NCBI GenBank assembly: GCA_963675525.2
Contig: CAXXSL010000016.1
Coordinates: forward strand, 320,001-384,000
Source: Anaerohalosphaeraceae bacterium
GTDB lineage: Bacteria; Planctomycetota; Phycisphaerae; Sedimentisphaerales; Anaerohalosphaeraceae
Reading direction: 5' to 3'
DNA: 64,000 nucleotides
A program made the translations under genes and the position numbers. Under the pieces are notes generated by a model that was not told the origin of the DNA, did not search any database, and saw nothing but the letters and a program-made list of their open reading frames with translations. Positions 11,637 through 22,438 of the stretch are shown here, in pieces (the first letter of the stretch is position 1; every line of letters begins with the position of its first letter).

Positions 11637-12701
11637 CTATTTAGTTTCTTCTGCCTCGATCAACCCCTTGGCAACAAGGACCTTCTGCTTGATCTCGTCC
11701 AGCAATTCCGGGTTATCCATAAAGAATTGTTTGCTGTTTTCACGACCCTGACCAAGTTTGACGTTGCCGTAGTTAAACCACGCCCCGCTCTTGTTGACAA
11801 TATCATTCTCAACGGCCAAATCCAGCAAATCGCCTTCATAACTGATGCCATGATCGAACATAATGTCAAACTCAGCGGTCCTGAACGGTGCCGCCACTTT
11901 GTTTTTTACCACACGGGCCCGAACGCGATTACCAACCGCCTCATCGCCACTGCTCTTGATCGTTGAAATACGGCGCACATCCAGACGGACCGAACTGTAA
12001 AACTTCAGCGCGTTTCCGCCGCTGGTGGTTTCGGGGTTACCGAACATCACGCCGATTTTCATACGAATCTGATTAATAAAGACCAGACAGGTTTTGCTCT
12101 TGGAGATCACACCGGTCAGCTTCCGCAGGGCCTGGCTCATCAGCCGTGCCTGCAGACCGACGTGGGACTGGCCCATTTCACCCTGCAGCTCGGCGGCAGG
12201 CACCAGGGCCGCTACCGAATCGATAACAATAATGTCGACAGCATTGGACTTGATCAGCATTTCAGCAATATCCAGCGCTTGTTCGCCGGTATCCGGCTGG
12301 CTGATCAGCAAACCGCTGATATCCACACCCAGCTTCTTAGCCCATGTCGTATCCAGTGCGTGTTCAGCATCAATAAAAGCCGCCACACCGCCAAGCTTCT
12401 GAGCATTGGCGATCGCATGCAGCGCCAGCGTCGTCTTGCCGGATGATTCCGGTCCGTAAAATTCAACCACACGTCCGCGCGGAATACCCTTGCCGCCCAG
12501 CGCGATATCCAGCGACAGCGCGCCCGTTGGAATCCCCTCGATCTTGCGATGCTGTGATTCATCCATTTTCATGATCGAACCGTCGCCGTACTGCTTCTCG
12601 ATCTGGGCAATCGCACGATCCAGTGCATCGTTTTTTGAGCCGCCGGCTCTAAGGGGTACCACTTGCCGTTTTGTCTCTGCTTTCTTTTTTGTCTTGGCCA
12701 T
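11637..12701 (-). CDS. recA: Recombinase RecA
   Basis: [54 protein letters not shown]. Confidence 0.98.
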   Translation of the reverse strand: MAKTKKKAETKRQVVPLRAGGSKNDALDRAIAQIEKQYGDGSIMKMDESQHRKIEGIPTGALSLDIALGGKGIPRGRVVEFYGPESSGKTTLALHAIANAQKLGGVAAFIDAEHALDTTWAKKLGVDISGLLISQPDTGEQALDIAEMLIKSNAVDIIVIDSVAALVPAAELQGEMGQSHVGLQARLMSQALRKLTGVISKSKTCLVFINQIRMKIGVMFGNPETTSGGNALKFYSSVRLDVRRISTIKSSGDEAVGNRVRARVVKNKVAAPFRTAEFDIMFDHGISYEGDLLDLAVENDIVNKSGAWFNYGNVKLGQGRENSKQFFMDNPELLDEIKQKVLVAKGLIEAEETK

Positions 12702-12769
12702 ATTCAATCTCCTCTTCGCTCTCTAAAAAATCATCCTTACAAGATTATTGTTTCATAACACTTTAATGT

Positions 12770-13330
12770 TTATTTCAAGGTCGCCCGGCAAACAGCACTG
12801 TAAACAGGCCCTGCGGATGTCAACTGACTTTGGTACAACACCACCTCTTCCGCACACACCCGGCCAAACGATTCATCTTTATACGATCCGACCGCTTCGG
12901 CCAGTTTTCGACCGGCTGAAACGTGCTTGACCCGACAGACCGTTAGATGTCCGGCAAAGGGACGATTCTCGCCGGACCAGCCATGCCGGGAAAATTCTTC
13001 TTCCAGTCTCGTCTGCAGGGCCTTCATTACCGAACACTCCGAAATCCCGGCCCACACAATACGAGCCGGACGCCCGAAAACTCCCAATCCCTTCACCTCG
13101 AAATCGAAACCTTCGAACTCCGATGCTGTTCGCTTCACGATATCGCAAATCTGCGTCAGCGACGAATCGTCCACTTCACCCAAAAACTTCAGTGTCAGAT
13201 GGACCTGATCCGGATGAATCCATTTCACGTTCTTTCCGGAAAGGTCCAATTCATGATCGAGCCGATTTTGGATCTGCTTAAGTCGAATCCGTACATGCGG
13301 CTCAATATCGATCGCCACAAATAATCGCAT
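12770..13330 (-). CDS. thpR: RNA 2',3'-cyclic phosphodiesterase (2H family)
   Basis: MRLFVAIDI, HLTLKFLG and GHLT motifs; sits upstream of recA as is typical. Confidence 0.9.
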   Translation of the reverse strand: MRLFVAIDIEPHVRIRLKQIQNRLDHELDLSGKNVKWIHPDQVHLTLKFLGEVDDSSLTQICDIVKRTASEFEGFDFEVKGLGVFGRPARIVWAGISECSVMKALQTRLEEEFSRHGWSGENRPFAGHLTVCRVKHVSAGRKLAEAVGSYKDESFGRVCAEEVVLYQSQLTSAGPVYSAVCRATLK

Positions 13331-13349
13331 CAGTATTCTCAAAAAATTA

Positions 13350-14255
13350 TCAAAACTGCGTTACTTTGCGTAACATCTCAAACCGTTCATCGATCATTTC
13401 ACGGCTGGCCGTCTGAATGCCATGGATCGAAAAGTCGCCAATCGTAAAAGAAGACACCACCGTCCCATAGACCATGGCCTTGCGAAGCGTCACGTAGTCC
13501 ACCGTCTTGGAATGTGCCAGATATCCCATCATGCCGCCGGCAAACGAATCGCCCGCGCCGGTCGGATCGATCACGATGGTCGCCGGATACGCCGGCAGCA
13601 AAAAAATCTGACCGGCCGAATCAAGCAGCATCGAACCGTGTTCGCCCTTTTTAATAATGACATACTCCGGCCCCATCTTCAAAATCTGCTGAGCAGCTTC
13701 GACAAGATTATGACCGGCCGTCAATAGTTTGGCCTCGCCTTCGTTCAAAACCAGCATGTTAATTCGCTTGAGCAGTTTTCGCAAATCCTGGTTGGCCGTC
13801 TGTATCCACAGATTCATCGTGTCGGCGGCGACAAACGAGGTTCCGCCCAACTGATCCAGCAGCTCCATCTGTAGCGACGGCGCAGTATTGGCCAGAAAAA
13901 CATAATCGCTGTCACGATAGCTGTCCGGCACACGGGGCGGCGCTTCGGCCAGTACATTCAGCGACACCTCATCCGTGCGAGCCTCGCTCATATCGCCTTC
14001 ATAAGAACCCGACCAGCGAAATGTCTTGCTGCCCTTGCGTATCTCAAGGCCCTCCAGATCAACATCACGTCCCTGAAATGTTTCTTTGAAGTCAAAGGGA
14101 CAATCCTCTCCGGCAACGCCAAGCAATTTTACATTCGTAAAAAACCCGGCCGCCAGTGAAAAATACACCGCGGACCCGCCGATACATTCCCGATTCTGAC
14201 CATAGGGAGTCTGAACCGTATCGATTCCAATCGAACCCGTAACAATTAGTGACAT
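13350..14255 (-). CDS. PfkB-family carbohydrate kinase
   Basis: GGSA, NEGEA, KKGEHG, DPTGAGDSFAGG. Confidence 0.92.
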   Translation of the reverse strand: MSLIVTGSIGIDTVQTPYGQNRECIGGSAVYFSLAAGFFTNVKLLGVAGEDCPFDFKETFQGRDVDLEGLEIRKGSKTFRWSGSYEGDMSEARTDEVSLNVLAEAPPRVPDSYRDSDYVFLANTAPSLQMELLDQLGGTSFVAADTMNLWIQTANQDLRKLLKRINMLVLNEGEAKLLTAGHNLVEAAQQILKMGPEYVIIKKGEHGSMLLDSAGQIFLLPAYPATIVIDPTGAGDSFAGGMMGYLAHSKTVDYVTLRKAMVYGTVVSSFTIGDFSIHGIQTASREMIDERFEMLRKVTQF

Positions 14256-14281
14256 CCTGCTTTCTCCTCTACCTTTTCTTA

Positions 14282-15913
14282 TCAATCCGTTATTTGTTGA
14301 AATTCATTCAACGTCCGTTCAATCCGTTTCAAGGTGTTATCCAGCCCCAGCATATCCACCGCATCAAAGATCGGCGGACTGACCGTGTTGCCGCAAATCG
14401 CCACACGCAGCGGTTGAGCAACCTTTCCCAGTCCCACCTGTTTTTCCTCAGCCAGACCGCGAAGCAGTGTTTCAATGCTTTCCGGCGTCAACTCCGGTAA
14501 TGCCGCAAGTTCTTTGCCAACCAGTTCCAGCATTTCCAATCCGTTGCCCTTGAGCAATACTTTTTTCACGGCCTTGTCATCATAGGTCATTGCGTCATTG
14601 GCAATGAACGCAAATCGCGTCTTCTGTTCGATCTGTTCCAGCGTCCGGGCGCCGTCATTCATCTTAATAATCCGCTTAAGCATCGCATCATCTGCGCCGG
14701 CGACAGGTGAACAAATTTCTTCCAGGTAATCTCGTAAATGGCTGACCAGCGTTTCCGGTGGCACCATCTTGATATGCTCGGTATTAAACGACATCAGCTT
14801 GCTGCGGTCGAACAGGCTGTTGCTTTTGCTGACACGCGACAGGTCAAACGCGGCGATCAATTCCTCGATCGTCATGATCTCCCGTCCATCTCCGGGATTC
14901 CAGCCGAGGATGGCAAGAAAGTTCACCATCGTCTCCGGCAGATAGCCGCTCTTGAAGAAATCGACCACATTCACTTCCGGCAAGTGTACGCCAACCGCTT
15001 TGGCAATCGCATCGATCACGGGCATATCCGGCACAGACTTGCCGCTCAGAAACAATTCCAGTTCCTCAGCCGAAATCCCCCCCGCTGTCGCCAGTGCCTG
15101 CACGTCAACATCCGGCATCGCCTTGATAGCAGCAACGAGCGCTTTGGGCCGCTCACGCTTACTAAGCTTGCCGCCGGAGTCGCTGACCGTCACCGACATG
15201 TGAGCATATTTAGGAGTCCGGAACCCCAGCGCCTTTTGCAGCAACTGGTGGTTCGGCGTATTCATCAAATGTTCCTGCCCGCGAATGACGTGCGTAACCC
15301 CCATCAACTCGTCATCAATGACCACCGCCATATGATACGTCGGGAAACCATCGCTTTTCTGGATGATAAAATCGCTCAGTTCAGACGGCTCAATACGTAC
15401 CTGTCCGCGAACCTCATCCTCGATCACAATCGTCTCGGCCCGCGGCACCGCAAACCGCACCGTTACGGGCCGTCCTTCGGCTCTGGCTTTTTCCGCGTCG
15501 GCTTCCGTCGGGAAAACCGCCGGCCGGGGATAGAGATTATGACGTTTTTCGGCCTCCGCCTTCTCGCGCAGGGTCGTCAACTCCTCCGATGTGTCAAAAC
15601 AGTAGTACGCCTTCTGCTCGTCGATGAGCTGCTGGATATATTTATCGTAGATGTCCCGCCGTTCAGACTGGTGATACGGGCCGTTCGGCCCGCCGATATC
15701 CGGCCCTTCGTCCCAGTCAATCCCCAGCCATTTCAGGTCTTTAAGCACCTGGTCGGCCGCGGTGGCGGCATTGCGCTTCATATCCGTATCTTCAATGCGC
15801 AGCAGGAACTTACCGCCGGACTTGCGGGCCAAAAGCCAGTTAAACAAAGCCGTCCGGGCGCCCCCTACATGGAGATACCCTGTCGGCGACGGTGCAAACC
15901 GCGTCACGATCAT
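14282..15913 (-). CDS. gltX: Glutamate--tRNA ligase with an insertion of about 57 aa after KLSKR
   Basis: RFAPSPTGYLHVGG, LRIEDTD, DGFPTYH, HVIRGQEH, KLSKR, QPLRVA...SPPIF. Confidence 0.95.
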   Translation of the reverse strand: MIVTRFAPSPTGYLHVGGARTALFNWLLARKSGGKFLLRIEDTDMKRNAATAADQVLKDLKWLGIDWDEGPDIGGPNGPYHQSERRDIYDKYIQQLIDEQKAYYCFDTSEELTTLREKAEAEKRHNLYPRPAVFPTEADAEKARAEGRPVTVRFAVPRAETIVIEDEVRGQVRIEPSELSDFIIQKSDGFPTYHMAVVIDDELMGVTHVIRGQEHLMNTPNHQLLQKALGFRTPKYAHMSVTVSDSGGKLSKRERPKALVAAIKAMPDVDVQALATAGGISAEELELFLSGKSVPDMPVIDAIAKAVGVHLPEVNVVDFFKSGYLPETMVNFLAILGWNPGDGREIMTIEELIAAFDLSRVSKSNSLFDRSKLMSFNTEHIKMVPPETLVSHLRDYLEEICSPVAGADDAMLKRIIKMNDGARTLEQIEQKTRFAFIANDAMTYDDKAVKKVLLKGNGLEMLELVGKELAALPELTPESIETLLRGLAEEKQVGLGKVAQPLRVAICGNTVSPPIFDAVDMLGLDNTLKRIERTLNEFQQITD

Positions 15914-16152
15914 AAAATGCCTCTTTTTAGCCTAATAATCACAGAATAAACGCTTTACATTACGTCACAGCCCACCGATTGTCAAGCAAAGAGCCAACGG
16001 AATGCGAAATTACCCCGAACCATAACATAATCCCTTTATCTAAAACCACTTAAAACAAGCCTTGAAAGAAAAGAAATAAAGCGTAGAATCATGAAAAACA
16101 GAGTCATAAAAAAAACGAAAATATCACCTGAATACGGAGTTATTTCTTACTC

Positions 16153-17083
16153 GTGAGTTATCCTCAACAACGTCTCTTAGTCACCGGCATCACTTCCATC
16201 CACGGCTGGCCTATCTGGAATGCGCTCAAGCAGGCTTGCCCTGCCGACCAACTGCTGGGTATCCGGCCGCCGCAAACAAAGGCCCCGAAAAGTAAAAACG
16301 TCATCGGTTTGTGCATCACGGACACCGAACAACTCAAACGCATCCGCGATCAATTCCAGCCGACCCATGTTATCCACTGTGCCGGCGTCTGCGACCTGGA
16401 CCTCTGCGAAGAACGCCCCGAGTGGGCCTACGATCTCAATGTCAACGGTACCAAGGCAGTTACGGAGGTCTTCGGAGCACACATGCCGGATCGTTTATAT
16501 GAGTACCGACCTCGTTTTTTCCGGCGAGCAGCCGCCCGAAAACGGCTACGACGAAGACCACACACCCGATCCGGTCAGTATCGCGGGGAAGACCTTCTTT
16601 CAGGCCGAACAGATTTTACAGCAGTTCGCCAATACCTGTATCCTCCGGCTGGGGTTGCCCCTGGGCGACTCGATCACCGGCGACAAAGGCGCGATCGACT
16701 GGATCAAAAGCCGCCTGACAAAGCATCGCCCGGTCACGCTGTTTTATGATGAACTGCGAAGCTGCGTATGGTGCGATCAAATTGCCGAGATGATTGCCCC
16801 CCTGCTGTCGCTGGATTTGCGGGGCGTCTACCACTTCGGCGGCAACCGCTCCTGGACCCTTCACGAAATCGGCCAGTACGTCCGCGATAAATACCAAATC
16901 CCCAAACACCTGCTCAAAGGCATCTACCGCCACGAAGAAGTCAACGGCCCCCCGCGCATCGGCGATGTCTCCATGAATTGCAAAAAACTAAAAACCACCC
17001 TCAATAAAGCAGGCATCGTCATCTCCCACTTCAATGGCCCCGCCAAGTTTTCAACACAAATCGTGGATTCCAGAAACCTTTGA
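16153..17083 (+). CDS. SDR / RmlD-like sugar-nucleotide reductase; apparent +1 frameshift near 16483
   Basis: LLVTGITSIHG, VIHCAG, LNVNGT in frame 1; IVYMSTDLVFSG, ILRLG, GVYHFGG in frame 2; joins as GAHCRIVYMSTD. Confidence 0.85.
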
Positions 17084-17088
17084 GTGCT

Positions 17089-17559
17089 CTAAATTATTAG
17101 ACATTTCCTGAAAAACTTCAGTCTGATTTGTGATTCTTCAACTTTTTTAATAAATAGATATTTCGCTGGTCCATAAAGACACAATGTTAAAATCACCCCG
17201 TCAAGAAATAATTCAACTTCTCCAAAAAAATGTTCCCAGCCAGTGTTGACAATCCATGATGTCATTAGTAGGCCTATAACTATTTTCAAAACAACACCAA
17301 TTAGATAGATGTAACGACCGACCGACCAGAAGAAAAACATACCGATGAAACCAAGAAGCCCTGCAAACAAACTAGAAAAAAGAAACACTCCCTGTAAAAG
17401 CCATGCTAATGTGGATTCTGTTGGTGGTAAAGAGGGCTCAAGCTGTTTGACAATCTCAGGAACAACTGATTCCGTCCAAATATCCGACAATCCATTTAGA
17501 ACAACAATTATGATATAAACCAAGAGCAAAAGTCTGAACTTAGTTTTGGTTATTTCCAT
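17089..17559 (-). CDS. AT-rich hypothetical membrane protein
   Basis: 156 aa, about 4 TM helices, RBS GGAG, low GC. Confidence 0.65.
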   Translation of the reverse strand: MEITKTKFRLLLLVYIIIVVLNGLSDIWTESVVPEIVKQLEPSLPPTESTLAWLLQGVFLFSSLFAGLLGFIGMFFFWSVGRYIYLIGVVLKIVIGLLMTSWIVNTGWEHFFGEVELFLDGVILTLCLYGPAKYLFIKKVEESQIRLKFFRKCLII

Positions 17560-17696
17560 TTCTAAACTCCATCAAATTCACTATCCAACCGATTATTAAG
17601 CTATAATTGTTTCAAAATACATAAGTCCTCCGTTACTTGCAAACCACCAACAGCCGGAGGCGCTTTTGGTGGTTTCATTTACATACCTTTAAGGTA

Positions 17697-18620
17697 TTAC
17701 GGTGGGCATTTAGCACAAACAGAACGAAACAGCATCGTACTGAGGTACCGGTCGCCGCGGTCGCAGATGATTGTTACAATCGTTCCCGAATCCATGTCCC
17801 TGGCTAAACGGACCGCACCGGCGACATTGGCCCCGCTGGAAATCCCCGCGAACAGCCCTTCTTCGGTCGCTAATCGGCGCGTCATATCGAACGCCTCCTC
17901 ATCACCCATCGACACGATTTCATCCAGCCGGCTCTTATCCCAAATCTCCGGCACGATCGCCTCGGTCATATTTTTCAGCCCCTGGATCGTATGCCCCGGC
18001 ACCGGCTCAACACCGACAACCTTGACCGGCTTCGATTGCTCCTTCAAAAACCGGGACATCCCCATCAGCGTTCCCGTCGTGCCCATGCCGGTTACGAAAA
18101 TGTCAATCTCGCCGTTTGTCTGCTTCCATATCTCCGGAGCAGTTGTTTCGTAATGTGCCAGCGGATTGTTTGGATTGGAAAACTGATTCGGCATGAAATA
18201 TTTTTCCGGATGCTCGGCGTGCATTTCGTGGGCCTTACGAATCGCCCCGTCGGTACCCTGCTTGGGACAGGTCACAACCGCCTCGGCCCCGAACGCCTCC
18301 AGAATATGCTGGCGTTCACTGCTGACACATCCCGGCAGCGTCAGTATCACATGATAGCCCTTCGCGGCGCCGATCATTGCCAATGCAATACCGGTATTGC
18401 CGCTGGTAGGCTCCAGAATGGTCTTTTTCTTCGTGAGCAGGCCGTCTTTTTCAGCCCTGTCAATCATGTACAGCGCCGTACGGTCCTTGATGGAGCCGCC
18501 GGGATTATTGCCCTCCAGCTTGGCCAGAATCCGCACCTTCGGATTGGGGTTAATCCGCTTCAATTCGACCAAAGGGGTGTTGCCGATAGCCGACAAAATT
18601 GTATCGCCGTGGCTGAACAT
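17697..18620 (-). CDS. cysM: Cysteine synthase (CysM/CysK family, PLP-dependent)
   Basis: [45 protein letters not shown]. Confidence 0.9.
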   Translation of the reverse strand: MFSHGDTILSAIGNTPLVELKRINPNPKVRILAKLEGNNPGGSIKDRTALYMIDRAEKDGLLTKKKTILEPTSGNTGIALAMIGAAKGYHVILTLPGCVSSERQHILEAFGAEAVVTCPKQGTDGAIRKAHEMHAEHPEKYFMPNQFSNPNNPLAHYETTAPEIWKQTNGEIDIFVTGMGTTGTLMGMSRFLKEQSKPVKVVGVEPVPGHTIQGLKNMTEAIVPEIWDKSRLDEIVSMGDEEAFDMTRRLATEEGLFAGISSGANVAGAVRLARDMDSGTIVTIICDRGDRYLSTMLFRSVCAKCPP

Positions 18621-18755
18621 TGTTATCCTTTCCGGATACAGCTAAAATCTATTTATTTTTATACCGAATATGCTAAAATGTCCCCTTGCTATTGTCGAGA
18701 CTTTTTTTTATATTCCGGACAGTGTTTTCTCCTTTTTATTACTTTACAGGAAATT

Positions 18756-20468
18756 ATGATGACAGAGACAAACGAACAAAATAATGAACGATTGGATTTT
18801 ATTCGGCAAATCGTTGCCGACGATACCGCATCCGGCAAGTGGGATGGACGCGTTGTAACGCGTTTTCCGCCGGAACCGAACGGCTACCTGCATATCGGCC
18901 ACGCAAAAAGCATCCGTCTGAACTTCGGCATCGCTGAAGAATTCGGCGGCAAATGCAATCTGCGGTTTGACGATACCAATCCCTGTAAAGAAGAACAGGA
19001 ATACGTGGATTCCATCATCGAGGACGTCAAGCTGGCTGGGCGGGGACTTCGGCGACAAACCGCTGTTCGGCTCCGATTATTTCCAGCAGATGTACGACTG
19101 GGCCATTGACCTGATCAAAAAAGGTAAAGGCGTATGTCTGCGACCTGACGGCCGAAGAAACGCGCCAATACCGCGGCACACTCACCGAACCGGGCAAGAA
19201 CAGCCCCTATCGCGACCGCACGCCTGAGGAAAATCTCGACCTGTTTGACGCGGATGAAAGCCGGCGAGTTTCCGGATGGCTCCAAGACGCTTAAAGCCAA
19301 GATCGACATGGCCAGCCCGAATGTTAATCTGCGCGATCCGGTCATGTACCGCATTCTGCACGCGGAACATCATCGAACCGGTGACAACTGGTGCGTTTAT
19401 CCGATGTACGACTGGGCACACGGACTGGAGGATTCGGTCGAAGGTATTACCCATTCGATCTGCACGCTGGAGTTTGAGAATCATCGTCCGCTCTACGATT
19501 GGTTCCTCGACACGCTGGAGATCTACCACCCGCAGCAGATCGAATTTGCCCGGCTGAACCTGACCTATACGGTGATGAGCAAGCGGAAACTGCTGCAACT
19601 GGTCAAGGAAGGCTATGTCAGCGGCTGGGATGACCCGCGGATGCCGACGATTTGCGGGCTGCGCCGCCGTGGCTTTTCGTCAGAAGCCATTCGCAATTTC
19701 TGCAAGCTCATCGGCGTTAATAAATTCAACAGCACAATCGATTTCCCCCTGCTGGAGCACTGTCTGCGCGACCACCTGAACAAAACGTCGCTGCGTGTGA
19801 TGGCCGTATTGAATCCGCTGAAGGTCGTTATCACCAATTATCCCGATGGTCAGCCTGACGAACTGGATGCCATTAATAATCCGGAAGACGCAACTGCCGG
19901 CACGCGTAAAGTACCCTTCTCAAAGGTTTTGTACATAGAGCAGGATGATTTCATGGAAGAACCACCGAAAAAGTTCTTCCGGCTGGCGCCAGGACGCGAG
20001 GTACGTCTGCGCTATGCATATTTCATCACGTGCAATGAAGTCATTAAGGACGACAGCGGCAATATCGTTGAACTGCGCTGCACCTATGACCCCGAAACCC
20101 GCGGCGGAGACGCACCCGACGGACGCAAGGTCAAGGCTACACTCCACTGGGTCAGCGCCGAACATGCACTGGATGCCGAAGTACGCCTCTATGACCACCT
20201 GTTTAACAAAGAAAATCCGGATAAAGTCGAAGAAGGACATACATTCCTAAACAACATAAATCCCGATTCGCTGAATATTCTGAATAACTGTAAAATTGAA
20301 CCGTCAGTAAAAGGGGCGAAACCACTTGATCGCTGGCAGTTTGAGCGAATCGGCTATTTCTGTACCGATAAAGATTCGTCAGATGAAAAACCGGTCTTTA
20401 ACAAAACCGTCGGCCTCAAAGATACCTGGGCAAAAATCCAAATGCAGGGAAAAAAAGCATCAAACTAA
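18756..20468 (+). CDS. glnS: Glutamine--tRNA ligase; three apparent +1 frameshifts (near 19032, 19130 and 19246)
   Basis: [22 protein letters not shown], then WLG...[49 protein letters not shown]; three single-base removals restore one ORF. Confidence 0.93.
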
Positions 20469-20484
20469 ACATCGATAGCAATAA

Positions 20485-20514
20485 AAACAGGGCTCAATAA
20501 TGTGAGCTCTGTTT
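20485..20514 (+). terminator. Probable terminator after glnS
   Basis: AAACAGGGCTCA-N6-TGAGCTCTGTTT hairpin. Confidence 0.6.
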
Positions 20515-20755
20515 AAAACTAAGATGCAACTGTCTAATCTTTAAGAAAATGTTAATCGCTGTTGACATCGCAGCATCAGTGTTGTTTTTTTGAAACATCT
20601 CCCTAATTATATGAATACTAAAGATTTTCGGCCCCATAAAAACACTTCTCTATACATAGAAGGAAACACAATGTTCCTTTTTTTAAACAAACCATGAAAT
20701 CTTATTATTAGCAATTATTTCAAAGCCGTTAAGTTGGACATCATAACTTTATTCA

Positions 20756-20781
20756 TCTCAATGTGTTATAAGACATTGAGA
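20756..20781. promoter_or_regulatory. 26-bp palindrome, candidate operator or activator site
   Basis: TCTCAATGT-G-TTATAA-G-ACATTGAGA, one mismatched pair. Confidence 0.55.
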
Positions 20782-20809
20782 CAGTGTGGCTCCGAATTGC
20801 TTTTATTGG

Positions 20810-20825
20810 TGGCACACCTCTTGCT
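20810..20825 (+). promoter_or_regulatory. Sigma54 (-24/-12) promoter
   Basis: TGGCAC-ACCTC-TTGCT with exact GG-N10-GC spacing. Confidence 0.7.
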
Positions 20826-20835
20826 AAAATACAAC

Positions 20836-20923
20836 ATTGCCATCAAAAGTATAAATATTCTGCATTAGAGCGGAAGAGGGTGATGTTGGGGCTGAATCGG
20901 AGAGGGTTCAGCCCAATTTTTTT
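20836..20923 (+). ncRNA. Candidate sigma54-dependent small RNA, about 88 nt
   Basis: Lies between the sigma54 promoter and a GGGCTGAATC/GGTTCAGCCC + T7 terminator; 5' stem (AAC)ATTGCC/GGTGAT(GTT); no credible ORF. Confidence 0.45.
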
Positions 20924-21084
20924 GCGCTTTACTTTTTTTTCTCACTACCTTTTTTTTACATTATTCATCGTTAATCGCATCTGATATTTTTTCTCCCTCG
21001 AATTGCAGGTTTCATTATGCCGACACTCAAACGCACCAATAAAAAAATCGTGCCTTTTTCTATTCTCCGCGTATAATTTCCCTT

Positions 21085-22134
21085 ATGAGTAATGTTTTAT
21101 ATCGAATTATTGATGCGAATTTCAACCGGGCACGAGAAGCCTTCCGCGTAATGGAGGAGTACTGCCGGTTCGGGCTGAACCACCCGGGATTGGCCGGCAG
21201 GGCCAAACAGTGCCGCCATCGTTTGTGCGAGGCGATCAGCACACTGGATTCTGGTAAACTGATTTGCAGCCGGGATGTGGCGGGCGATGTCGGGCGGGAA
21301 TTGAAAGTCGATGGTCAGCTTTGTCGGCAATCGCTGGAGGACTGTTTTGCCGCCGCGGCCAAACGCGCCACCGAAGCGCTGCGCGCACTGGCCGAATCAA
21401 CCCAATCCATCGACGCACATGTTGCGGCGGTTATGGAACAACTGCGTTTTGAAGCCTATGCTCTCGAACAGGATACTATTCTGAAAGCCACTGCGGCAAC
21501 AAAATGGGCGAAGGTTCGCTTGTATGTCCTGATTAATGCCTCCCCCCAAACACCCCCCGAAGACGTGTTGCGTCTAACGGAAACCTGTATCGCAGGCGGA
21601 GCGGACTGCTTACAACTCAGAGCCAAAAATTTAACCGACACACAACTGCTGTCACTGGCCAAATCGTTCACGACCCTTTGCAAAGAAGCCTCTGTCATCA
21701 GTATCATCAATGATCGCGTCGATATTGCTATTTTGTCCGGCGCCGACGGTGTGCATTTGGGACAGGACGATATTCCTGCCGGTCAAGCGCGGAAACTAGC
21801 ACCCATGCCGCTGATCATTGGCGCCAGTACACACTCTCAGGAAGAGCTTAAACAGGCGATCGCGTCGGGCAGTGATTATATCGCTATCGGTCCGGCTTTT
21901 CCCAGTACAACAAAACCGCATTTGTCGATTGCCGGACTGGACTACCTCAAAACTGCCCTGCCAATCCTGGAACAGGCGGGCATCCCTCATGTTGCCATCG
22001 GCGGCATTGGTCAACACACTATCGACTCATTGATTGACATCGGAATCAGAACTGTCGCCGTCAGTTCCACGGTATGCGGTTCTGAGGATCCGGAAAAAGC
22101 CTGTAAGATCTTAAAAGAAAGACTGTTGAAGTAA
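21085..22134 (+). CDS. thiE: Thiamine-phosphate synthase with N-terminal ThiD2-like helical domain
   Basis: RIIDANFNRAREAFRVMEEYCRF N-domain; QLRAK, IINDRVDIA, GVHLGQDD, GASTH, PSTTK, AIGGI. Confidence 0.92.
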   Translation: MSNVLYRIIDANFNRAREAFRVMEEYCRFGLNHPGLAGRAKQCRHRLCEAISTLDSGKLICSRDVAGDVGRELKVDGQLCRQSLEDCFAAAAKRATEALRALAESTQSIDAHVAAVMEQLRFEAYALEQDTILKATAATKWAKVRLYVLINASPQTPPEDVLRLTETCIAGGADCLQLRAKNLTDTQLLSLAKSFTTLCKEASVISIINDRVDIAILSGADGVHLGQDDIPAGQARKLAPMPLIIGASTHSQEELKQAIASGSDYIAIGPAFPSTTKPHLSIAGLDYLKTALPILEQAGIPHVAIGGIGQHTIDSLIDIGIRTVAVSSTVCGSEDPEKACKILKERLLK

Positions 22135-22429
22135 TTGTTTTGGGCCTTTTCGACAGAGTTTTCACCAACTAATTCACAGATTACACTCTATTGAAGTTCC
22201 TAAATAACTTTTTTCTATGCCGCCACTGTTACATACGAACCAGTCTGTACCCTTAATCGGCCATCTTGCTAGCGACCTCGTAACCGACTTGAATAAATAC
22301 ACTTACATCCGAACAAATTCAAGACTGCTATTTCTTGAACATAATCATTAAATTAGGGATACGTAAGATGACCCGATTGACTCGAAAGATACTTTTCACG
22401 CCGTCAATTGTAGCAATGTTTTGAACAAG

Positions 22430-22438
22430 TTATCCACA
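22430..22438 (+). promoter_or_regulatory. Perfect DnaA box within a cluster of degenerate boxes
   Basis: TTATCCACA, preceded by the inverted near-box TTTGAACAA. Confidence 0.45.

Noticed and set aside
8887..15949. Long + strand ORFs (8887-9813, 9970-10713, 14738-15949 and others)
   Set aside because: Antisense shadows of alaS, recA and gltX caused by codon bias; no motifs.
18756..19250. Programmed frameshifting or true pseudogenisation of glnS
   Set aside because: Three +1 insertions without slippery sites, matching the same error type in neighbouring genes.
20784..20984. 66-aa ORF across the sigma54 promoter
   Set aside because: GTG start without RBS; overlaps promoter and terminator; low-complexity product.
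20520..21084. TPP riboswitch upstream of thiE
   Set aside because: No CTGAGA or ACCTGAT...AGGGA core found; thiE appears leaderless.
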